A stretch of DNA of 63,879 nucleotides, the filler included, from Diploschistes diacapsis (lineage: Eukaryota): assembly GCA_023645945.1 (NCBI GenBank). It is 5 parts of 5 records of this genome, joined end to end, with 100 filler letters (N's around TTAATTAATTAA, not from the genome) between each part and the next. Parts side by side here need not be neighbours in the genome. Positions count along the whole stretch, not along the records: positions 1 to 8,101 come from JALAIB010001197.1; positions 8,202 to 16,301 come from JALAIB010001198.1; 3 more parts are not named here. One strand, 5' to 3'. The notes under the pieces were generated by a model that was given only the letters and a program-made list of their open reading frames with translations, was not told the DNA's origin and ran no database searches. Positions 1 to 9,916 of the stretch are shown here, piece after piece. How positions within the stretch are numbered: the first letter of the stretch is position 1; each line of letters begins with the position of its first letter. Position numbers and translations under genes: made by a program.

Positions 1-591
1 GAGAGGAGGAGGAGGAGGAGGAGGAGGGGTGGAGGATCGTTGAGGTTGTGGATGTGCACTGTGTGGAGGGAGAGGATTACTTCGAATGCTGGGGAATGGT
101 AGGGGTCTGCTCTTGAAAGAAGACACCCGTTTTATGCAGGGATAATATATGTATGCACGGGGCATATTTTTGTGGAAGTAGTAGATGGATTTCTCTAGCT
201 ACACGCCACGCTCTCATCGTCCCAAGCAGTAACAAAGCTTCCATATAGCTCTCAAGCCAGAGCGAACTGAGCTTTTAAAGATCAAGCCTCGAAATGCTAG
301 GTCAAAACCAGATTCCCCGTCGAGGCTCTCTCGTTGAACGCCCATCTCCCTTCCACAATCGATAAAACAAAAAACAAATAAAGGAGTAAGCCGGGGGTAT
401 CTTTCGTCCATTTTCCGTCTTCATGATGCACCGATGCCACCACACCGTACCATACATACCATGTGATTTCGCTGTCCCTCAAACTCCAAGAACACCATAG
501 TAGTAGGAAATAAGCCGCGTATGCAAAACAGATCCAGTCCTTCGTCTCGTCTTCTCCTCTTCATGAACCAACCACCTCCTCACCGTCTCCC

Positions 592-2315
592 TCAGCGAAT
601 CAAAGGGCCAAACCCCGCATACATCCCAACCTGAATATTCTTCGGCCTCCTTCTGAGCACCAATCCCGCTCCCGCTCCCGCTCCCGCTCCTTCTCCAGCC
701 TTCTCGTCCGGACCCCCCTCGTTGGCGGCGAACCTGGTCCCAGGCCGCCAAGCCGCCAAGTTCGCCAGGATCGCGTCGCTCCAGATCCCCTGGCACCCGT
801 CACCCCTCATCTCGAAGTACGGATTCATGAACGCGTGTGGCGAATCCAGATCCACGTATCTGATCCTCATCGACTTCAGGTCCTTGAAGGCCTCGAGGGA
901 AGCCGTCGCGCCGATGACGAGTGCTTCGAACGCCTTGATGAAGTCCTGGTTGCAGATTCCGGCGACGTCGTTCCACGGCTCGCTCGTGTGCCGGCAGCAG
1001 TTGCGCGCTACGATGTCGATGCTCTTGAGGCGTGGATGGCGAGCGCGAGGGGAGGCAGCGAGCGCGGAAATGAAGAGCTGCGAGCAGACGCGGCCAGAGA
1101 GGGTAAGAGCTTCGAGCTGCGGAAGGACGGCGCCCAGGGAGCGGCAGAGGTGGTGGTTCTCACGCAGGTTGTTGGTTTTGGCGGCGGCGAGAGTCTTTTT
1201 GCTGTAGAACCCCTCCATACAGAGATGTAGGTGGGTAATGGCGGGTGGAAAGCTTTTCAGGATCTTATAGGTCGTGATGTAAGGCCTTATCTTGGGCGTG
1301 GCGTACATGGACTGCCAGTCCTTGAGATTAGGTAGAGCCGAGGAGAGGACGTCGAAGTCGGAGGAGCAGCGCATCATGTTCCAGGCTCCCTTCATGACAA
1401 GAGTGCGGATCTGAGGGAGGGACGGGAGGCGCCTCGTGGATGGGTCGCGGAAGTATTGCACCATTGGTGGTTTCTTGCAGGTTCCGCCCTCGATGGTCAA
1501 GATGCAGGCCTTTGAGAAAACGCACTGCACGGCATAGAAAAGTTCGTCTAGCGCGGAATTCTGAGCGGATAGTCGATAGACACTTGTAATCGGCTGCAGC
1601 GATGTTCGTTCAATCGGTGGCAGAACGCTTAGAAATCCTTGTAGTAGAGCTGGCGACTGCGGTAGTGGAAGAACTGCTCTACTGGGGCCTGAATCGATAG
1701 GTCTCTGCTCCCATACTGGTACCCAGAAGTCTACGTGCCGAACATAAGCCTGCAAATGCGTATGTTTCAAAAACCATTCAATGCAAGTTTCCAGGCTCTT
1801 TTGAGTTCCCTTGATCCTAACTTTTGCCCTTGTCAGTCTCTTTCCAGGTTTTCGTGGGGGAACCTGAACGTACTGTGCCGGTAGAGCCTCTCTTGAATTA
1901 TGCGCCGCCATGATGCGGAAACGAGGGCCAGATTCGTCAACTCTTTTGCTCGCGGGTGCCGCATAGCACTGTTCCAATTCCGCGTCCCATTCCTTGTTCC
2001 GACAGAGGAAGATGTCGAGCAGAGGTTCCCCACCAGGCAGTCCAGAATAGATTCTTGTACCTCTTCCGGTAGCGAATCTAAGCTTGTTCCCATGTTCTCA
2101 GGCTTCTCATGCTCTTCATGCACCTCATGCGCTTCCTTATCGGTCCGGCTTTCCATAAGCTGCAGAATCGATTTCGTATTCGAGACTCCTGTGCTGATAG
2201 ACAGAGAGCGAGTGCGCAGTGACGCCTGAAACTCTACCGTGGGCGCTGCAAGGCATGTTGCAGACTTCAGCAGATGGGCAGATGCTGGTGTGACCGTAGT
2301 AAGATGGATGTCCAT
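592..2315 (-). CDS. Conserved fungal protein with F-box-like N-terminal motif and LRR-like C-terminal region (2 exons)
   Basis: ORFs 1833..2408 and 592..1977 join in frame through a GTACGT...CTGAC...AAG intron at 1873-1821 (…RLYRH|IRIKGT…). LDSLPEEVQESILD and LALVSASWRRIIQERLY resemble an F-box. Start placed at MDIHLT (ATG 2315); downstream ATGs are possible. Confidence 0.75.
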
Positions 2316-3575
2316 ATTGCCGGGTGAGGTTAATATTGCCATTGCAAGCTCGCCAGAACGATCCTGTAAGAGGGCTTCCTGAGGGTATGTATCGGGTGCT
2401 CGAAGCAACAGTTGCGTGTTTGTCGTCTACCAACTAGTTACTACACTTAGATATCTTTTGTCCTAGTCAGATCTTGAATGAATGTACGGCAGTTGGTAGG
2501 AAAGTGACATATGGCTGACATTGTGGATAAATGAGAATTCTGTGTATCTACTAGTAAGTGTTACAGGGTAGCCGTTGCATTGGGTTAAATCAGCATGAAA
2601 GGAAGAAGGTCAATGCATGTCTTATCTGGGGACACATAAACAGGTAAAAGTAACTCTCCATTTCATATGCGTAGTCCAGTGAAGACGCCATAATAAATCA
2701 TTGTTCAATAATTTCAAGATAAGAAATCGGGCGCATCGCTTCATTGAGACGTCCAATCGATTACTCTTTTTCTGACATTGTGAAACGCTTGCGCTAGAAT
2801 ATCTTCAGTCAGAGCCGGTCACAGAGCTGAAACCCAAGGCTATCATGTGCGACAGCGATTGAGTCATGATCTATTCCATCATGTGGGTATATATACCAGG
2901 TAGTAGACAACTCAACAATCATGGTTGAACTTTTAAAAAATCACAAGACATCTAGATGAGCCTCACGAAGTCGGGATTACGATTCAAAGATGGTTGATAA
3001 CATTACATTATGCATTGCCAGCTGTATAATAATACAATGTGTAAGAAACAATTGCACAGTGCTTCCACATGCCAACAGACAATTCCAGCGGACAAGTTAC
3101 GGCTTCCTAGCTGAACCAATGAGACTGCAACCCCATACCATGACCGAGAACCAACAGATTGGGATGTAGAGCTTTTGCTCAAGAAAACCAGGAGTAATGG
3201 AAGCGAATCTCTCCCAATTTGAAAACTGACGAGCCCGAGGCTTTGATATCAGCACCGCTTCGGCACAGCCGCAGCCATTGAGCGGCCTGAACTGCAATTT
3301 GACATGTGTGCTTGAAGAAAGGCAGAAAAGGTAATGATAGCATCTTGAACACGTCCGACCCAGTAGATTGCCCGCATCGAGCCAGAAAGGTCCTATCAAC
3401 AATATTTAAAAAGAGCCCTCCAAAATCCGAGTCGCTCCATGATCCGATGGCCTAGTCTCCAGACATTTACACGCCCTAGCCATTGGTGATACATGTCGTA
3501 TGTGCAAAAGCCCTTAATCAGCTTCCTTCCAGTAATCGTACAGATCATAAACGCAGACAGGTAAAAGCATGAGCT

Positions 3576-5239
3576 TCACAGCTCCCCGTGGCCATGCAAA
3601 GCAGTAGTCTTCGGCTCCTCTGGCTGAGGCGGCCCCATTACTGCCGCTTGTATTTCTGCACCGGAGGGAACGACTAGCTTTGCACCCATGTACCAAGCGA
3701 TTCCGATCTGGTTACGGATTAGCTACGCCCATCGGAAAATGGCAAGTTTTTACCATAATGGCGGAGATGAACGCCAAGGTTGACCCGACGGCCAGTGCCA
3801 TGTATACTAAGGCCCCAGTATTAGCGTGCTTCATGAACGTACAATAGATGGTCTCACTCAGGTCCCATTTTGCCTCCTCTGCAGCTGCCTTGTCCTTCTC
3901 GGACATCTCTGCCGCGGCTACCGTCGCTTGACTGATCTTGACATCACTGCCTCCCACACCTGCTGCGACCTTGGGGTCTGGTTTCGGGAATAGGCCATCG
4001 ATGAACTTCTCCAGCTGTAACTCGACTCAGCCAGACATCAAGCTCATGCTTTGAGTATATTTACCTTCGAACACGTCATGCTTATCTTGAGGAAATTTGG
4101 ATCTCTAGGGTTGTTCTTCTTGAGGATCCTGTGCGCATAATCCCGAAAGATCTCGGAAACGACACGAAGGTTCTGGCTCGACTCCATCATCAAGTGACAT
4201 GCTTGCCCCTTCGTGATCTTTACATTCCGTTCAAACAACGAGTGGTTCTGGAACACTAATTCAAGCGTAGCGATAGCCATGCTCTGAGGTATAGCGCAAA
4301 AGTTGAAGACACTCTGCTCTTTGAGGCCTGCGAGATAGAACAAGCACTCTTCGGCATGCACCAGAGCATTCAATACCATCTCCGAGCTGCATTGGAGGGC
4401 CTTCTCCCTATTCTCAGGCTTGAAGAGATCATCAAAGTTTTGGACGTGCTTTGACCAGATTTCCTTCGGGTAGAACCTCCGCTTGTCCTCCCAATCTTCC
4501 CTGATATCTCGGATAATATTGGTTTTCTGAAGGAATAGACCCATCGACTCGTGGAGGTGCGGTCGGTCCAGAAGAAGAGGGTTGCCGAGCTTTGCCTCCA
4601 CGAAAAGGCGCGTCAAGCCTTCGCCCACGAGCCCAGCGACGTAGTGGCAGTAGAGATCATAGTCCTCAACAGTGTTCACTGCGTTGATGTTGTGTTCCGC
4701 TTTGTTACAGTAGTCAGCCATACCATTGCCCATCTTCTTCGTAATGTCCGCGATAATAGTCCTATATGCTGGTTTGATAGCTTTGAACTCCGTAACTACA
4801 CAATCGAAATGTACCAATAACTCTCGATCTCTCTCGTCGGGTCCACACCCATCAAAACTCCAGCCATCTTTCGCGATATTGTTGTGGAAATCACGGAGTA
4901 TAGGGCCTTTGGTCTCTAACGGTATGGTCATATCATCTTCGATGGTGTCGAGCCCTCGCAGGATCAGATAGAATAACGCGACTGGAAGTTTCAATTCCGG
5001 ATGAAGCTCTTGTATCACCGAGCTGAAGCTGCGACTCGTTTTATCAAGAAAGAAGTAGCATTTGGAGACCGTTTCCGACTCCTTGTCCTTTTCCCGCTGG
5101 TGGACCGGGTCATGGTACAATTTCCTTCCGCCGTCAATACGAGCAGTTGCAACATGCCTTACTACACATACCATTGAACAATCGATCTGAGCTCACCCGG
5201 ATGAAAGGTATAATAAAGAATTTCGCTTGCGGAGACCAT
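3576..5239 (-). CDS. ERG9: Squalene synthase (farnesyl-diphosphate farnesyltransferase), 4 exons
   Basis: Motifs [51 protein letters not shown]. Introns 5171-5125, 4064-4015 and 3753-3708. C-terminal TM helix; ends …TALHGHGEL*. Confidence 0.97.
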
Positions 5240-5479
5240 TTTGAAGGCTAGAACCGTGATTGAGAGTTTGGCACTGCAAAATACTGAAACTTTTATACAG
5301 ACAGGTGTAGCATCGTGGTCGAGGGGGGTGCAACTGAAGGAGAGGAGCTCAAGGAGGTGATGTTAAGATTAGCGAGGGAAAAACAGCATCATTCCCAGTG
5401 AGACCACTTGCGGATGCTTTGTAGTACTAGCTCCATTAGGTATTTAAGAGTGGGACGGAATCGGAGCCGGTCACCAGTC

Positions 5480-5489
5480 ATCGTACGAG
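5480..5489. promoter_or_regulatory. Candidate SREBP (SrbA-type) sterol response element
   Basis: ATCGTACGAG, one mismatch from the palindromic ATCGTACGAT type site, about 240 bp upstream of the ERG9 ATG. Confidence 0.35.
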
Positions 5490-6060
5490 AGATTGAAGGG
5501 CTCCCGAGCTTTTCGTGAAAATAATCTGGGGGGCGCTCCAGCCTCCAAATGAGCTTGGCCGGGGAGCTTCGTTGCCAAGAACCCAAGGACCCTAAAATCT
5601 GGGCAAACCCACGTGCGGGAACTTGTCTTGTTGAGATGAGGAAAATAACGTGAAGAAGGTCAGCTAGCTGTGTCAAGTGTCAAGTTTCTAGTGTACACTT
5701 GTAGGTCAAAGAAACTGGCTATCGGTTATAGTTTTTCCGCTTCGCTAAAGCACTTCCCCATCGGGCCTTTTTATCCTTTATCAACACTAACCACTTAGGT
5801 GCTAAATAGAATAACTGCGCTAAGTTCTGCATTCCCCCGTCTAACATGTGTTCAGCCCCACGTCGTTGATAAATTATATTTTCAGCCCAATGATCGGGGG
5901 CGATCTGCTTAGCATATACGACGTTGTCATTCCAAAGACTAGGGTACACTTAGGCAAGGCAGATCGCTGAGTCTCCTGGAGTACTTACATACCTTCTGGT
6001 TTATTTTCTCCGATTTGGCCTTCGCACCTTCCTGGCCTCTCCGTATCAGCAACGACCACC

Positions 6061-7752
6061 ATGGTTGTTGACACAACCTACTACGACGCTCTAGGCGTCA
6101 AGCCTACCGCCTCGGAGCTGGAAATCAAGAAGGCGTACAGAAAGCTCGCCATCACGACCCATCCCGACAAGAACCCAAACGATCCCACAGCACATGATCG
6201 CTTCCAAGCAATCGGTGAAGCTTATCAAGTCCTAAGCGATAAAGGTCTCCGCTCTGCGTATGATCAGTATGGGAAGGAAAAAGCGGTACCGGGAGGCGGC
6301 TTCGAAGATCCCGCCGAGTTCTTTACCATGATCTTCGGCGGAGATGCATTTGAAGACTGGATCGGCAAGATCTCTCTCATGACGGATCTGTCAAAGACCA
6401 TGGACATCACCATGCGGCAGATGGAAGAGGAGGAGGCGCTCGAAAATGCGGAGGCTAAGATGGCTGCGCACAATATTAAAGACAAGCAAGACACCGAGCA
6501 AGCTACACAGCATACCGCTGGCGCTCCACATACCGAAGCCACAGGGGCAGAGCATATGCCGCCGCCTCCAACGCCAGCGCTCAACATTCCAGACGCTGAA
6601 GAACATATTCCGGGACAGCCTGTGCCTCCCACACCCCGCGTTGTGCCGCCCACGCCCGGCATCATTCCACCAACACCAGGCATGCCGGTCACCCCGGGTG
6701 TGCCACCTTCGGCAGGAGCAGGCGGAGCAGAGCTTAAACCACCTCCGCGAGACACGACGGAGTCTCCGGTTGGCGTTGAAACTACAAGCTCAGGAACTTC
6801 GACACCGAAGCGAGTTTGGGGTCAGCAAGCGTTGATGGACAAGTCGGAAGAGGATGCGCGAATGGAGACAGCCGGTCTAACACCGGAGGAGAAAGAGCTG
6901 CGGAAGAAGGAAAAGAAGAAGGGACTCACAAAGGAGCAACGAGAGGAACTTGCCGCATACGAGGCTGAAAGGAAGCGCATAAGGGACGAGAGGGTGAACA
7001 CGTTGACCAAGAAACTCGTAGATCGACTCAGCGTCTGGACCGAAACGGACAAGGGCGCAGATGTTACAAAGGCCTTTGAAGAGAAGATGAAGCACGAGGT
7101 CGAGAGCCTGAAGATGGAGTCCTTTGGCTTAGAAATCCTGCACGCTATCGGCGCGACCTATCTTTCGAAAGCGTCATCCTTCCTGAAGTCTCAAAAGTTC
7201 TTAGGCATCTCAGGCTTCTTTTCTCGGCTAAAGGACAAGGGAACGCTGGTAAAAGAGACTTGGAGCACATTTTCTACTGCCATTGATGCTCAGATGACCA
7301 TGGAAGAGATGTCGAAATTGGAAGAAAAAGGGGGCGAAGACTGGACGGACGAAAAGAAGGCCGAGTACGAGCGAAGAGTTACCGGCAAGATCCTCGCGGC
7401 AGCTTGGAAGGGCAGCCGATTCGAAATCACCGGTGTGCTACGCGAAGTTTGTGACAGGATACTGAATGATAAGCATGTCAAGGTAGAGAAGCGCATTGAG
7501 CGGGCGCATGCTCTAGTTATCATCGGCAACGTCTTCCACCAAGTAAGGTCTCCTTCTGTGTTTCATGAACGTCATGCTAATTTGAAGTAGGCCAAGCGCA
7601 ACCCAGAGGAAGAAGGCGATTACATGGCTTTTGAGCAATTAATGGCAGATGCCGCCCTGAAGAAGGAGAAGGACAAGGACGTCAAGAAAGACAAGAAGCA
7701 GCATAGCTCGAAAGACAAGCCAGAGAAGGCGGACGCCAAAGTTATGCCATGA
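6061..7752 (+). CDS. DJP1: DnaJ protein with J domain and DnaJ-X domain (Djp1/Caj1 family), 2 exons
   Basis: J domain with HPD motif, FEDPAEFF…[20 protein letters not shown]-domain. Intron 7543-7590 (GTAAGG…GCTAAT…TAG); last exon ends …ADAKVMP*. Confidence 0.92.
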
Positions 7753-8101
7753 GCGGTTTTGTGGGGCGAAGATAGTTTCGGCTTGGATCTCCTCGTAGCT
7801 TATGTCTGATATCTACATAGGAGACTCTCCGCATATGAAATGTTCTAATGACTCAGGATATCAGGAATAGACGCGTGCTTGATTTGTGCAATAGTGGCAC
7901 ACGTTGCCCCATGTTCCCTTAATACCCGCTTGCTTCCCTGCTGCTACATAAGATGCCACGAAGGTGCAATATACCCAATACCACTCCTCCAACTTCTAGA
8001 GCTGAACCTGCATGCACGTCAAAGCGCCTCCATCTTGCCACAACTATGCTTTGATCAACGTCCGATCCCTATACCTCCCGCTGCTGCCCGCCCCGTTCCC
8101 C

Positions 8102-8201
8102 NNNNNNNNNNNNNNNNNNNNNNNNNNNNNNNNNNNNNNNNNNNNTTAATTAATTAANNNNNNNNNNNNNNNNNNNNNNNNNNNNNNNNNNNNNNNNNNN
8201 N
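8102..8201. other. Artificial contig spacer
   Basis: N-run with central TTAATTAATTAA (stop codons in all six frames). Confidence 0.97.
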
Positions 8202-8600
8202 CCGTTAAGTTTTATTTTTAATATTATTCCTGATTGGTCTAATTAGGACTCTAAAAGGTTTTACTGAACTAAGCTAAATCTCGGTAAGTTCAGATAACTG
8301 AACTCCCCGGGTTCTTCCATTGAACCTTTTGGATCCAGACGAGCTCACAGCCATGCCTTCCGTCTGCCTGCTCAACAGAACTAATTATTACTAATTATAC
8401 TAGCTTGAAATGTGCCTATAAAAGGCCTCTCGCCTCCCATTGTTCAAAGTCATTACCTTTATCATCATTAATACTAGTACTAAAAAACAGTCAGCTAAAT
8501 AGTCTAGGCAGGCTAGGAATTATTTCTTAGTTAGGATTAGCTCAGAATATATCTTAGCCTCTTCTCATTTTAATTAGAAAACTTCCACTACTTCCAACGC
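8202..8600. mobile_element. AT-rich degenerate repeat, possibly an LTR relic
   Basis: TpA/CTA/TAG-rich sequence at a contig end, TATAAAAGG box near 8417, no CpG in 8433-8597, no ORF. Confidence 0.4.
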
Positions 8601-8783
8601 CCGGAGATAGAGCAGGTTCGTTTCGATTTGTCGAGTAATCTTTAGTATAAAAAAAGTACACTAACAGGTTTGCTACGTTAGGCGGTTGGGACAGTCAAAT
8701 GCATTGCAGAATCGATCACATACTTTAAGAGTCTATCATTCATGTAAAATAGTTTTCTATTTTTTACAAAGCCTCGTTTGTTC

Positions 8784-9871
8784 ATGGCCACCAACGAAAG
8801 CTCCAGATATGCTATCCATGAAGCTGCAAGAGAAGGCAAGAGTATTATTACACACACAAAAATCACATCATCTTGTGCGGAGCTGCTAACTATTTGAAGC
8901 AATAGTTGTGGAAAGTTTTCTAAATGTAATATTATCTTGTAGGATCTCTAACTTGCCATGATTCTGTCTCACCTGCCCTAAGGCAAATATACGTCTTGCA
9001 TGGCGACGAGACGATGACAATAGGCTACCAATCCATTGGGCCGTTGCCTACAATCATACGGATGTAGTGGAGTTGCTGATGACGACTCCTGACTTTGATT
9101 TGAACGTGCAGGTGCGCCAGTCTACCCACCCTCCTGTCAAAGAATGTTGATTGATGTACATTTAGGACGGATCTGGCTGGACTCCCCTCATGATCGCTGC
9201 AAGCCTGCTAGAGACTCCACTTGTAGATATTCTGCTCCGGAGGGATGTCGATGTTGGAGTAAAAAGTAAAGTACAATTTGGTCTTTACACATCTGAAGCT
9301 TGAGAGCTAACCCTGCGAGTAGATTTCAATGGACAAGTTAGCAAGATGATTCCCCTGTGATGACCCTACAGCTCGCTAGAAAGGACAGACTGCGTTGCAC
9401 TTATGCGCTTCCAAAAACAACATCGAGGTTGCCCAGAGGCTGATAGAGCACAAAGCAACCACTCGTGTTAAAGACCAGCGCGGACAGCTTCCCTTACATC
9501 GCGCTGCAGCAATCGGATCTGTACCTTTGATTAAGATCCTCCTAGAAAATAAGAGCCCCTTGAATGCGACTGATGCTGATGGTCAAACCGCACTACATCA
9601 CGGTAGAGTCTGCGGGTATACCGAGCTGACGACTCTGCTGACGCTATTCACAGCAATCTCGGAAGGGCATGGGGACGCTGCACTGTTCTTGCTCAAAGAA
9701 GGAGCAGAGACGGACAAGCGCGATGTTAATAAGCACCTCGCTATCGAACTGGCACCAGATACTAAGGTTTTCCTGATCAGCAATCTTACATGGAATGCGT
9801 AATGCTAATTGTTGCAGATCCGTAATTTCGTGTTGCAAAGCGCAGAGCGAGAAGGCATACCTCTAGACTAG
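8784..9871 (+). CDS. NAS6: Ankyrin-repeat 26S proteasome assembly chaperone (gankyrin/PSMD10), 8 exons
   Basis: Spliced product MATNESSRYAIHEAAREGK…DDDNRLPIHWAVAYNH…DGSGWTPLMIAAS…NGQTALHLCASKNN…GQLPLHRAAAIGS…ALHHAISEGHGDAAL…EREGIPLD*. Donors at 8842, 8926, 9112, 9266, 9337, 9603, 9767. Confidence 0.9.
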
Positions 9872-9916
9872 CAATGTCATCCCACAACCATTGTGGATGC
9901 CAGGTTGAGTGCATTG

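Noticed and set aside
2600..2890. Possible box C/D snoRNA on the minus strand (ATGATGG…CTGA) and short 18S-like words
   Set aside because: Box C is imperfect, there is no terminal stem and no convincing guide next to a D box.
8146..8157. TTAATTAATTAA palindrome repeated four times in the window
   Set aside because: Always centred in identical N-runs; a six-frame-stop linker added during contig joining, not biology.
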